This document shows, piece by piece, positions 28,704 through 38,163 of a stretch of DNA of 64,000 nt (position 1 is the stretch's first letter; the number at the start of each line of letters is the position of its first letter). Position numbers and translations under genes: made by a program. The notes under the pieces are model-generated. The model had not been told where the DNA came from, did no database searches, and saw only the letters and a program-made list of their open reading frames with translations. The stretch covers positions 916 to 64,915 of the forward strand of contig CAKRQL010000001.1 of the NCBI GenBank assembly GCA_934393265.1. The letters are read 5' to 3'. The DNA comes from an uncultured Eubacteriales bacterium (GTDB lineage Bacteria; Bacillota; Clostridia; Oscillospirales; CAG-272).

Positions 28704-30698
28704 TCAGATATCCGCATCCTTCATATAGAGATGCCCGAACTCGGTTATATATCGTTTTCTCTCCTGGAGTGCATCACCGAGAAGAACATCGAACATGCGG
28801 GCGGTCTCCTCTGCGTCTGCCGGGGTGACGGCTACCAGCCGCCGTGTCTGCGGGCACATCGTCGTTCGCCACATCATATCCGGGTCGTTTTCTCCGAGCC
28901 CCTTTGAGCGCTGGAGCTTATACTTTTTGCCGCCGAGCTTCGATATTATTTCCGCTTTCTCCGGCTCATTATATGCAAAGTATGTGTCCTGCCCGCAGGT
29001 TATCTCAAAGAGCGGTGACTCGGCTATAAATATCTTTCCCTCGTTTATAAGCGTCGGGAGCAGACGGTAAAACATCGTCAGAAGAAGCGTCCTTATCTGA
29101 AAGCCGTCCTCGTCCGCATCCGTGCATATAATTATTTTGTTCCATTTAAGCGCACCTATATCAAAGGTTGCGAGCTCGGATTTCTTTGCCTTTACCTCAA
29201 CCCCGCAGCCTATAACCTTCAGCAGGTCTACGATTATATCGCTCGAGAATATCTTGTCGTACGTGCTCTTCATACAGTTAAGAGTTTTTCCTCTTACCGG
29301 GATTATCGCCTGGAACTCGGCATTTCTGCCAAGCTTACAGCTCGACATAGCCGAATCTCCCTCGACGATATACACCTCGCGCACGGCAGGGTCCTTTGAC
29401 CGGCAGGGTACGAACTTCTCCACCCTGTTCGAGACATCCATATTTCCGGCGAGCTTTTTCTTTATATCCACCTTCGTCCGCTCTGCAGACTCGCGGGCGC
29501 GCTTGTTGACAAGCACCTGGTTAATTATCGTCTGTGCCGTCGTCTGGTTCTCGGTCAGATATATCTCAAGATTAGTCTTTATAAAGTCGGTGAGTGCCTT
29601 CTGTATAAATGCGTTTGTTATTGCCTTTTTAGTCTGGTTCTCGTACGAGGTCTGTGTTGACGCTGAGTTGACTATAACGGCGAGGTTGTCCGATATATCC
29701 TGAAAGGATATTTTCGACTCGTTTTTCGTGTATTTGTTCTGCGCCTTTATGTATTTGTCTATCGCATAAGTAAATGCGTTGCGCACCGCCTTATCCGGGG
29801 CTCCGCCGTACTCAAGAAACGAGGAGTTATGATAGTACTCTGCCATTCCGGATTTTGCAAAGCAGAAGGTTACCTCGGCTTTCAGCTTATAATCCGGCAT
29901 ATCCTCTCTGTCGCGTCCCTTGGTTTCAAGGCGCCAGAGGACCGGGGCGGTTGTCGCTATCCCCTCGGTTATCTCGGCGATATAGTCGGCGACGCCGTTC
30001 TGATAAAAGTACTCGGAGGTCTCGATTTTCCCCCGCTCTCCCTCCACCTCGAGGATGAAATGTATTCCGGCGTTTACAAATGCCTGCCTGCGCAGGGTTG
30101 CCGAAAGAAACTCGACGGGTATATCTATTTCCTTGAATACCTCTAGGTCGGGGCGCCAGCGGATTATCGAGCCGGTCTTTTTTCCGCTCTTCGCATCTAT
30201 ATCGCGGACGCGGAGCTCCCCCTTCGGCTTTCCCTTACGGAAGCTCATCTCGGAGACCGTCTTTCCGTTATAGGACGCGACCTCCATATACTCGCTCGAG
30301 TACTGGGTTGCCGTGGCGCCGAGACCGTTCAGTCCGAGGGAAAACTCATAAGCAGAGTTTCCGTCATTGTTATCGTATTTTCCGCCGGCGTAGAGCTCGC
30401 AGAAAACGAGCTCCCAGTTCCAGCGCTTCTCTTTTTCGTTATATCCGAGGGGGACGCCGCGCCCGAAGTCCTCTACCTCTATCGACAGGTCGCGGTACTT
30501 CTTCACTATTATCTTCGTTCCGTAGCCCTCGCGCGCCTCATCGACCGCGTTTGCAAGTATCTCTATGAACGAATGCTGACACCCCGTAAGGTCGTCCGAG
30601 CCGAATATAACCGCCGGGCGTTTTCTTACTCTGTCCGCGCCCTTCAGCGATTTTATACTCTGGTCGTTATATGCTTTTCTGTCGGTTTTTGTCGCCAT
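28704..30698 (-). CDS. Type IIA DNA topoisomerase subunit B (GyrB/ParE family, divergent)
   Basis: GHKL ATPase N-terminus (VRKRPAVIFGS..EILANAVDE), Toprim EGDSA, and KGLGE. No A subunit is adjacent. Confidence 0.85.
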   Translation of the reverse strand: MATKTDRKAYNDQSIKSLKGADRVRKRPAVIFGSDDLTGCQHSFIEILANAVDEAREGYGTKIIVKKYRDLSIEVEDFGRGVPLGYNEKEKRWNWELVFCELYAGGKYDNNDGNSAYEFSLGLNGLGATATQYSSEYMEVASYNGKTVSEMSFRKGKPKGELRVRDIDAKSGKKTGSIIRWRPDLEVFKEIDIPVEFLSATLRRQAFVNAGIHFILEVEGERGKIETSEYFYQNGVADYIAEITEGIATTAPVLWRLETKGRDREDMPDYKLKAEVTFCFAKSGMAEYYHNSSFLEYGGAPDKAVRNAFTYAIDKYIKAQNKYTKNESKISFQDISDNLAVIVNSASTQTSYENQTKKAITNAFIQKALTDFIKTNLEIYLTENQTTAQTIINQVLVNKRARESAERTKVDIKKKLAGNMDVSNRVEKFVPCRSKDPAVREVYIVEGDSAMSSCKLGRNAEFQAIIPVRGKTLNCMKSTYDKIFSSDIIVDLLKVIGCGVEVKAKKSELATFDIGALKWNKIIICTDADEDGFQIRTLLLTMFYRLLPTLINEGKIFIAESPLFEITCGQDTYFAYNEPEKAEIISKLGGKKYKLQRSKGLGENDPDMMWRTTMCPQTRRLVAVTPADAEETARMFDVLLGDALQERKRYITEFGHLYMKDADI

Positions 30699-30734
30699 TT
30701 TCCGCCCCTGCCATTCTTCTTGCTATCACGAGAT

Positions 30735-30763
30735 ATTTTAGCACGAATATTTTACTTTGTCAA
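30735..30763 (-). promoter_or_regulatory. Candidate sigma-A promoter for the topoisomerase gene (inside the 3' end of the upstream gene)
   Basis: The minus strand reads TTGACA, 17 nt, TAAAAT. Confidence 0.4.
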
Positions 30764-31933
30764 GTTTTCTCCGCGTGCGCTCCCGCCTATTATCCGGGAG
30801 ACGAGAGTACGCCGCACCTTCATTGCCCCCTTCGGGCAGAACTCCTGACAGCAGAAGCAGCGTATGCATTTTTTTCTGTTTATTTTTGCCTTGCCCCGCA
30901 CCATTCTGATAGCCGACGCCGGGCATATGGAGCCGCACTTGTTACAGCCGACGCATTTCTTTTTATCGAGCCCGGGCTTCGCCGAAAGGAGCCCCGCCGT
31001 GACACCTGCAAATATGTTCCGAATGACATTGTCCGACGTGCCTCGGAAGTGGAGACTATGTCGCGTAGCGATGTTCTTGTAATCACTGATTTTGAAGTCA
31101 TCAACATTTCCGAAAATTGAAATATCGGATATATTTTCCGGCAGAGAGCCCCGGTTGCGGGCGGCAAGCAGAGTCGGCACATCCTCCGGCGTCAGCCCTA
31201 TCACAGACGCGGCGACCGCGTCAAGCATCGGCATGGAGCGCGAGGCGAGAATGGCACCTATCGGGCGCGGGGTACCCGCCGTGGGTCCGTTACCCTCCAT
31301 GCCTATCACGGCGTCACATATTGTGAGCTCCGGGTGAAAGTACTCGCCGAGGTCGAGTATCATATCGGCAAACCGCTCATAGCTCGGGTAGCGGAAATGG
31401 TACTCCGGTTTTACTATCCCGGGGACCGTGCCGAACATATTTTTAGACGCGCAGGAGAGACCCATCATTCCGTGCGTTTTCAGTTTACAGAGATTTATTA
31501 CAGCGTCCGCCTTATCGAGGTAGGCGGTATAGAGAAATTCGTGTGCCGCCCTCGCCCCCGGGTACTCTGCCTGTCCCTCCGAAAAATCGGTATTCAGCGT
31601 CGCGCCGTACTTCTCGCACTCGTGCATACCGGTGAGGTTATATATTCTGCCTACGGCAGCCTGATTGTAGAGCCCGCCCGGGGAGTCCCCGACTATCACG
31701 GAGGCGCCGAGCTCCCGCAAAATATCGCAGACGGCGCAGACCACCGCCGGGTGCGTCGTCGCCGCCTTATCCGGCTTTTCTCCGCTCACAAGATTTACTT
31801 TCAGGGCGACGGTCATTCCGGGCTTTACGAATCCGAAGCCGCCGACAGCCTCTGCCGCCGCGAGAACAGCTGCGCGAACCGCCGGAAAATCGTAGCTCCG
31901 GCACTCTGTTATCGAAACATCATATTTTTCCAT
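30752..31933 (-). CDS. DUF362 domain protein with a C-terminal 2x[4Fe-4S] ferredoxin domain
   Basis: CVGCNKCGSICP and CIRCFCCQEFCP. Start set at MEKYDVS, which has a GGAGAA RBS. Confidence 0.8.
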   Translation of the reverse strand: MEKYDVSITECRSYDFPAVRAAVLAAAEAVGGFGFVKPGMTVALKVNLVSGEKPDKAATTHPAVVCAVCDILRELGASVIVGDSPGGLYNQAAVGRIYNLTGMHECEKYGATLNTDFSEGQAEYPGARAAHEFLYTAYLDKADAVINLCKLKTHGMMGLSCASKNMFGTVPGIVKPEYHFRYPSYERFADMILDLGEYFHPELTICDAVIGMEGNGPTAGTPRPIGAILASRSMPMLDAVAASVIGLTPEDVPTLLAARNRGSLPENISDISIFGNVDDFKISDYKNIATRHSLHFRGTSDNVIRNIFAGVTAGLLSAKPGLDKKKCVGCNKCGSICPASAIRMVRGKAKINRKKCIRCFCCQEFCPKGAMKVRRTLVSRIIGGSARGENLTK

Positions 31934-32114
31934 AGAATTTCTCCGGTAGCCGTGCAACCGGAATGGCGGCGCGGCATATCATATTTATAGGCTTTATACT
32001 GTCTGCCGCGCCGATATAAGCATCGAAAAAAAGCGCGACGCTTATATTGTAGCATACTTTTTGGAAAAACGCCATAGCTATTCGGAAAAATCAGCGGCGG
32101 TAACGGAGGTACAT

Positions 32115-32960
32115 ATGGAGGGTTACGCATACTATAACGGAGTATTTGCCCCTGCGGACGAGATAAGAGTCCCATTGACGGACAGGGCGCTCTTCTTCGG
32201 TGACGGGGTGTACGATGCGGCGGTCGGTTACCGTGGCAGAATATACAGATATGAGGATCACATGGCGCGACTTCTCGGCAATGCGCGGCGGGTCGGGCTC
32301 CCGCTCCCGGTATCTGAATGTGAGTTACGGGAGATAATACAAAAGGTTTGCGCGGAATGTGCCACGCCGTTCTTTCTCTACGTTCAGCTCTCGCGCTACT
32401 CCGACGAGAGGGTGCATGCCTACCCTGATACGGAACGGGCAAATCTGCTCGTAATGGCAAGAAAATTTGCATTTCCCGATAAAAATTCAAAGCAGAGACT
32501 GATAACGGTTAATGACGAGCGGCACACAATGTGCGACGTCAAGACCCTGTGTCTGCTCCCGGCGGTGCTCGCGGCAAAGGAAGCAGAGCGGCACGGTGCG
32601 ACGGAGGCAGTGTTTCACCGCGGGGTGCGAGTCACGGAATGTGCGCACTCAAATATCGCGATAATCCTGCGGGGCGAGGTTGTGACGCACCCACTCTCCC
32701 CGTTTATTCTCCCCGGCGTGACGCGGGCGCGGATGATAGCGTCCTGTGCCCGGCTCGGCATACCTGTCCGGGAGCGGGCGTTCACGCTCCCGGAGCTGTT
32801 CTCTGCGGACGAGGTGATAATAACCTCGACCACAAAGGTCGCCCTCGCGGCAGAGAGCGTCGACGGCGTGACTGTCGGGGGGCGGGAGCCGGAGCTGCTC
32901 TCATCACTCATCGGTGACATGCGGGCGGAGGTCTCGGCGGAAATAGCCTACCCGCTCTGA
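32115..32960 (+). CDS. Class IV aminotransferase (D-amino-acid or branched-chain type)
   Basis: MEGYAYYNGVFAPADEIRVPLTDRALFFGDGVYD is a typical fold-type IV N-terminus. A GGAGGT RBS is present. Confidence 0.8.
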   Translation: MEGYAYYNGVFAPADEIRVPLTDRALFFGDGVYDAAVGYRGRIYRYEDHMARLLGNARRVGLPLPVSECELREIIQKVCAECATPFFLYVQLSRYSDERVHAYPDTERANLLVMARKFAFPDKNSKQRLITVNDERHTMCDVKTLCLLPAVLAAKEAERHGATEAVFHRGVRVTECAHSNIAIILRGEVVTHPLSPFILPGVTRARMIASCARLGIPVRERAFTLPELFSADEVIITSTTKVALAAESVDGVTVGGREPELLSSLIGDMRAEVSAEIAYPL

Positions 32961-33060
32961 GCATAATACGCACCGCGCGGCACTGCGCCGACTATGCCCG
33001 TGGACGGCTATGGCACGTCAAAAGGAATAATATGTAAGAAATTAAAAATCTTTTGTTTAA

Positions 33061-33074
33061 TTAGCTTATGCTAA
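33061..33074. promoter_or_regulatory. Palindrome TTAGC-TTAT-GCTAA (same arms as the heme-operon boxes)
   Basis: Perfect 5-bp arms with a 4-nt spacer, about 210 nt upstream of the first hydrogenase gene. Confidence 0.3.
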
Positions 33075-33094
33075 TGCGTTTTTACGGCATTTTT

Positions 33095-33112
33095 TTGTTA
33101 AAAAAATAACAT
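33095..33112. promoter_or_regulatory. Rex-box-like site
   Basis: TTGTTAAAAAAATAACAT against the clostridial Rex consensus as I recall it (TTGTTAAnnnnTTAACAA), with 2 mismatches in the right half. Confidence 0.3.
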
Positions 33113-33283
33113 TTTTCTCGGAAAAGGTATTGAAAACAGAGTAGTTCTGTGATAACATATAAGGGATGTGTTCGTGCGGATGCGGGCGCACCCCTTTATT
33201 TTGCGCCGAGGTATATCACTTCTGATATTACCACTATGCAATCCCCCGCCCGCGCAGCATAAATTAAGGAGGATTTCTTCAAG

Positions 33284-33781
33284 ATGCTGAAAAAACATTC
33301 AGGCATACCATTTAACGGAACCCCGGAGCAGAAAGCAAAGCTCGACGCCGTTATCGCCGCGAACAGGCATGACAAGAGCCGTCTGATGGCAGTCATGCAG
33401 GAGGCGCAGGCGATCTACGGGTATCTCCCGCTCGAGGTACAGAACGCGATAGCCGAGGGAATGGACATTCCGCTCGAAAAGGTATACGGCGTTTCAACCT
33501 TCTATGCACAATTTTCCCTCTCGCCTAAGGGCGGATATCATATCTCCGTCTGCCTCGGCACGGCGTGCTACGTCAAGGGCTCCGGTCAGATATATGACAA
33601 GCTTCAGGAGGTGCTCGGCATCGGAGGCGATGAGTGCACTCCCGACAGAAGATTTTCCCTCTCTGCCTGCCGTTGCATCGGCGCGTGCGGTCTCGCACCC
33701 GTTCTGACGGTCAACGAAGAGGTCTACGGCAGACTCACAGCCGATGATGTCGCCGGAATAATCGAAAAGTACAGGGACTGA
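33284..33781 (+). CDS. NuoE/HydC-like [2Fe-2S] subunit of a multimeric [FeFe] hydrogenase
   Basis: Thioredoxin-like ferredoxin: SVCLGTACYVKG..SACRCIGACGLAPV. RBS is AAGGAGGA. Confidence 0.85.
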   Translation: MLKKHSGIPFNGTPEQKAKLDAVIAANRHDKSRLMAVMQEAQAIYGYLPLEVQNAIAEGMDIPLEKVYGVSTFYAQFSLSPKGGYHISVCLGTACYVKGSGQIYDKLQEVLGIGGDECTPDRRFSLSACRCIGACGLAPVLTVNEEVYGRLTADDVAGIIEKYRD

Positions 33782-33793
33782 TAGGAGGAAAGC

Positions 33794-35704
33794 ATGAAAA
33801 CCGTAAACGAACTCAACGCGGCGCGCGCCGCCGCACTTAAAAAGGTTGTGCTCCGCAAGGGTGCGGAAGCGCTCTCCGGTAACGTATCCTCCGATTATAA
33901 GTACACCGTACTTGTCTGCGGTGGAACCGGCTGTACCTCCTCGCACAGCCACGACATAGTCGAAAAGCTGAAGAGCGAGGTCGCGGCATGCGGAATAGAA
34001 AAGGACGTGCAGATAATAATGACCGGTTGCTTCGGTCTCTGCGCACTCGGTCCCATTATGATAGTCTACCCGGAGGGGTGCTTCTACTCCACCGTCAAGG
34101 TTGAGGAGATCCCGCAGATAGTGCGTGAGCATCTTGTCGCCGGAAATCCCGTAAAGGAGCTGCTGTACAACGAGACGGTTGCTGCGGACGGCAGCATAAA
34201 GTCGCTTAATGAAACCGACTTCTACAAAAAGCAGATCCGCGTGGCGCTCCGTAACTGCGGAGTCATAAACCCCGAGGATATCGACGAATACATAGCCGTT
34301 GACGGATACCAGGCACTCGCAAAGGTGTTAACGGAGTACAAGCCCGAGGATGTAATAAAGGTAATTACCGACTCCGGACTTCGCGGCAGGGGCGGCGGAG
34401 GCTTCCCCACCGGACGTAAATGGGCACTCTGCGCTCCCAACAAGGCGCCGCAGAAGTATGTCGTCTGCAACGCGGACGAGGGCGATCCCGGAGCGTTCAT
34501 GGACCGCTCTGTCCTTGAGGGCGACCCGCACTGCATAATCGAAGCAATGGCAATCGCAGGATATGCGATAGGCGCCACAAAGGGCTTCGTATATGTGCGT
34601 GCGGAATACCCGATAGCCGTAAACCGCCTCCAGATAGCGATTGACGAGGCGCGCGAGGCTGGCATACTCGGCAAGAATATATTCGGCAGCGGATTTGACT
34701 TTGACATGGAGATAAGACTCGGCGCCGGTGCGTTCGTCTGCGGCGAGGAAACCGCGCTCATGACCTCTATCGAGGGTAACCGCGGAGAGCCGAGACCGAG
34801 ACCGCCCTACCCCGCAGTCAAGGGACTGTTCAACTCTCCTACTGTTGAAAACAACGTTGAGACGTTTGCAAATGTTCCGCAGATAATCCTCCGCGGCGCA
34901 GAATGGTTCGCATCTATGGGTACCGAAAAATCCAAGGGCACGAAGGTGTTCGCCCTCGGAGGAAAGATAAAGCACACCGGACTTGTTGAGATACCGATGG
35001 GCACGACGCTCGATGAAATAATCAACGAGATAGGCGGCGGTATTCCGAACGGAAAGAAATTCAAGGCGGCGCAGACCGGAGGTCCCTCCGGCGGATGTAT
35101 CCCCGCGAGCCTCATAAACACCGAGGTCGACTACGACAACCTCGTATCTCTCGGCTGTATGATGGGCTCCGGCGGACTTATCGTCATGGACGAGGACACA
35201 TGCATGGTCGATATGGCGAAGTTTTTCCTTGAATTCACGGTAGACGAGTCCTGCGGTAAGTGCACGCCCTGCCGCGTCGGAACACGGAGACTCCTTGAGC
35301 TGCTCACAAAGATAACCAACGGCGAAGGAACCCTCGAGGACCTCGACAGGCTCGAGAACCTCTGCCACTACATAAAGGCAAACTCCCTCTGCGGTCTCGG
35401 ACAGACGGCGCCGAACCCGGTGCTCGCCACCCTGAAGTTCTTCCGCGACGAGTATGTCGCGCACGTCGTCGACAAAAAGTGCCCCGCCGGGGTCTGCAAG
35501 CACCTGCTCCGCTACTCTATCGACCGTGAAAAGTGCATAGGCTGCGGAAAGTGTGCGAGAAACTGCCCGATGGAGGCTATCCACAAGACCGACTATATCG
35601 CTCCCGGACATAAGCTCCCCTCTTATGAGATTGACACTGCAAAATGCGTTAAGTGCGGCGCATGTCTCTCAGGTTGCAAGTTCGGCGCTATATCAAAGGC
35701 TTAA
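33794..35704 (+). CDS. NuoF/HydB-like flavoprotein subunit (NAD(H)/FMN-binding, Fe-S)
   Basis: GLRGRGGGGFPTGRKW, ESCGKCTPCR and C-terminal 2x[4Fe-4S] CxxCxxCxxxCP motifs. Confidence 0.9.
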   Translation: MKTVNELNAARAAALKKVVLRKGAEALSGNVSSDYKYTVLVCGGTGCTSSHSHDIVEKLKSEVAACGIEKDVQIIMTGCFGLCALGPIMIVYPEGCFYSTVKVEEIPQIVREHLVAGNPVKELLYNETVAADGSIKSLNETDFYKKQIRVALRNCGVINPEDIDEYIAVDGYQALAKVLTEYKPEDVIKVITDSGLRGRGGGGFPTGRKWALCAPNKAPQKYVVCNADEGDPGAFMDRSVLEGDPHCIIEAMAIAGYAIGATKGFVYVRAEYPIAVNRLQIAIDEAREAGILGKNIFGSGFDFDMEIRLGAGAFVCGEETALMTSIEGNRGEPRPRPPYPAVKGLFNSPTVENNVETFANVPQIILRGAEWFASMGTEKSKGTKVFALGGKIKHTGLVEIPMGTTLDEIINEIGGGIPNGKKFKAAQTGGPSGGCIPASLINTEVDYDNLVSLGCMMGSGGLIVMDEDTCMVDMAKFFLEFTVDESCGKCTPCRVGTRRLLELLTKITNGEGTLEDLDRLENLCHYIKANSLCGLGQTAPNPVLATLKFFRDEYVAHVVDKKCPAGVCKHLLRYSIDREKCIGCGKCARNCPMEAIHKTDYIAPGHKLPSYEIDTAKCVKCGACLSGCKFGAISKA

Positions 35705-35718
35705 CGGAGGGTTGAATT

Positions 35719-37470
35719 ATGGATATGATAAATGTAAAGGTAAACGGCATCGCCGTTTCGGTGCCGAAGGGCGCAACTATTCTTGAAGCGGCACGCCGCG
35801 CCGGGGTCGAAATTCCGACGCTCTGCTATATGAAAGAAAAGAACGAGATAGGCGCCTGCCGTATCTGCGTTGTCGAAGCCACCGGCGCGCGCGGTCTTGT
35901 CACCGCCTGCGTCTACCCCTGCACGGACGGCATGGAGATAAAGACGAACACGGAAAAGGTCCGTGCCGCAAGACGTACCACTCTCGAGCTCATTCTTTCA
36001 ACCCACGACAAGAACTGTCTCTCCTGCGTCCGCTCCACAAACTGCGAGCTTCAGAAGCTCTGCCTTGAATACGGGGTTGATTCTCACGCATTTGATGGCT
36101 TCAAGCCGCATTATGAAATTGACTATTCCGCCCCGCACCTTGTGCGCGATAACAACAAGTGCATACTTTGCCGCAGGTGCGTCGCCGCCTGCCGCGAGCA
36201 GTATGTTTCGGTAATAGGCGCAAATAACAGAGGTATCGACACCTGCATAGGTCAGGCGTTTGACATGCCACTGAATGACACGCCGTGTATCTCCTGCGGT
36301 CAGTGCACAGTCGTATGTCCGACCGGCGCACTCGTTGAGCGGGACGACACAGACAAGGTATGGGCGGCACTCGCCGATCCGACAAAGCATGTTGTGGTTC
36401 AGACCGCTCCTTCAATCCGTGCGACCCTCGGCGAATGCTTCGGCATGGAGATAGGCACGAATGTTGAGGGCAAGATGGTTGCCGCGCTCCGCCGTCTCGG
36501 CTTTGAAAAGGTATTTGATACCGATACAGCCGCGGACTTCACGATCGTTGAGGAGGCTACCGAGCTTCTTGAGCGCGTCGAGGACGGCGGTGTGCTCCCG
36601 ATGATAACCTCCTGCTCTCCCGGATGGGTCAAGTTCTGCGAGTATTACTACCCGGATATGCTCCCCCACCTCTCGAGCTGTAAGTCTCCCCAGCAGATGG
36701 GCGGCGCGCTCATAAAAACCTACTGGGCTGACAAGATGGGCTATAACCCCGAGGATATATTCGTTGTCTCTGTAATGCCCTGCACCGCTAAGAAATTCGA
36801 GGTCGGAAGAGACGACATGTCCGCCGCCGGAGACGGTATTGCGGATGTTGATGTCGCCCTCACTACCCGCGAGCTCTCGCGCATGATAATGAGAGCCGGA
36901 ATTAAGTTCACTGCTCTTCCCGATGAGGAATTTGATGCGCCCCTCGGCGCGGACACCGGCGCAGCCGTCATATTCGGCGCCACCGGAGGAGTTATGGAGG
37001 CGGCACTCCGCACAGCGAATGACGTTCTCACCGGGCGCGACAATGAATCGGTCGAGTTCCACGAGGTCAGAGGCACGGCCGGTATCAAGGAAGCAAGCTA
37101 TGACATCGCCGGAAAAACGATAAAGGTATGTGTTGCCTCCGGTGCTGCGGCGGCAAAGGTCGTTATGGACAGAATTGCCTCCGGCAAGGCGGACTGGACC
37201 TTCGTTGAAATAATGGGCTGCCCGGGCGGATGCGTCAACGGCGGCGGTCAGCCGATACAGCCGCAGTATATACGCGACACGGTAGACCTTAAGAGTGTGC
37301 GTGCAAAGGCACTGTATGACCAGGACCGCGAAATGCCGCTCCGTAAGTCTCACCAGAACCCGGTTGTCACCGAGGTATATGCGACCTATTTCGGCGGCGG
37401 GTACGGCTGTGAGCGGGCACATCATGCGCTGCACACCTCGTATGTGGCACGGAAGAGATATATAAAATAA
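35719..37470 (+). CDS. hydA: [FeFe] hydrogenase catalytic subunit (HydA, multimeric/bifurcating type)
   Basis: N-terminal 2Fe-2S and 4Fe-4S domains. H-cluster motifs are ITSCSPGW (variant L1), MPCTAKKFE (L2) and EIMGCPGGCVNGGGQP (L3). Confidence 0.9.
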   Translation: MDMINVKVNGIAVSVPKGATILEAARRAGVEIPTLCYMKEKNEIGACRICVVEATGARGLVTACVYPCTDGMEIKTNTEKVRAARRTTLELILSTHDKNCLSCVRSTNCELQKLCLEYGVDSHAFDGFKPHYEIDYSAPHLVRDNNKCILCRRCVAACREQYVSVIGANNRGIDTCIGQAFDMPLNDTPCISCGQCTVVCPTGALVERDDTDKVWAALADPTKHVVVQTAPSIRATLGECFGMEIGTNVEGKMVAALRRLGFEKVFDTDTAADFTIVEEATELLERVEDGGVLPMITSCSPGWVKFCEYYYPDMLPHLSSCKSPQQMGGALIKTYWADKMGYNPEDIFVVSVMPCTAKKFEVGRDDMSAAGDGIADVDVALTTRELSRMIMRAGIKFTALPDEEFDAPLGADTGAAVIFGATGGVMEAALRTANDVLTGRDNESVEFHEVRGTAGIKEASYDIAGKTIKVCVASGAAAAKVVMDRIASGKADWTFVEIMGCPGGCVNGGGQPIQPQYIRDTVDLKSVRAKALYDQDREMPLRKSHQNPVVTEVYATYFGGGYGCERAHHALHTSYVARKRYIK

Positions 37471-37514
37471 GAATCTCCGACGCCCGCCACCGCGATATTC
37501 AGTAAGGCAAAAAA

Positions 37515-37548
37515 CTCCCCCGCACCGATCTTATTCGGTGCGGGGGAG
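37515..37548. terminator. Strong hairpin terminator between convergent hydA and the HD gene
   Basis: CTCCCCCGCACCGA-TCTTAT-TCGGTGCGGGGGAG (14-bp perfect stem), preceded by AAAAA. Confidence 0.7.
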
Positions 37549-37562
37549 CTCTGTCGTTTAGG

Positions 37563-38147
37563 TTATTTTTTCGGCGTACCCTCGAGGTAATAGGTTGCCT
37601 CGGAGTCTGCGGTTGAGAGCGCAAATGCGAGCGGGAACATCTCAAAGGCTGCAGAGACATTTCTCTCGTCCTCTGTTGAGGAATAGCCCATATGATATCG
37701 GATGGCGAAAGCCTCCTCTCTTGTCAGGCGCATAAAACCGGAGATTATGTAGACGCTCTTCTCTCCGTGACCGTACGGGAGCTTGTCGTCAAACTCAAAG
37801 GTTTCGACTCTCTGCCAGGCGCCCTTATCATCCTTGACATTGCGGAAGCCCTTTTTATAAACATCTATCTTGCAGAGGTCGTGAAGAAGGGCGGCTATCG
37901 CCACGGTTTCCTCACTGTATGAAAAGCCGAGTTTTTCCTTGACATAGGGAGAGGCGAGATAGCCCACGAGACAATCGTAAACATTCAGCGAATGGTCGCA
38001 GAGACCGCCGGCGTATGACGAGTGATAGCGGGCGGAGGCGGGCGCAGTGAAAAAGTCGGAGGAATTCAGATATTCTAGCAGCTTATCTGCCCCCTCTCTC
38101 TTGATTTTCGAGGTGAATATCTCGATAAAACGCTCTTTGGGTGTCAT
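37563..38147 (-). CDS. HD-domain phosphohydrolase
   Basis: The YHSSYAGGLCDHSLNV and LLHDLCK motifs give the H..HD..D signature. Confidence 0.75.
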   Translation of the reverse strand: MTPKERFIEIFTSKIKREGADKLLEYLNSSDFFTAPASARYHSSYAGGLCDHSLNVYDCLVGYLASPYVKEKLGFSYSEETVAIAALLHDLCKIDVYKKGFRNVKDDKGAWQRVETFEFDDKLPYGHGEKSVYIISGFMRLTREEAFAIRYHMGYSSTEDERNVSAAFEMFPLAFALSTADSEATYYLEGTPKK

Positions 38148-38163
38148 TGTATATCTCCTTTAA

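Noticed and set aside
33130-33158. Promoter for the hydrogenase operon (TTGAAA, 17 nt, TAACAT)
   Set aside because: The -10 is poor and alternatives exist. It is mentioned only as context, not called as a feature.
34328-37434. Antisense ORFs of 427 aa (34328-35611) and 340 aa (36412-37434) within hydB and hydA
   Set aside because: The plus-strand products carry unambiguous NuoF and H-cluster motifs. The antisense translations have no features.
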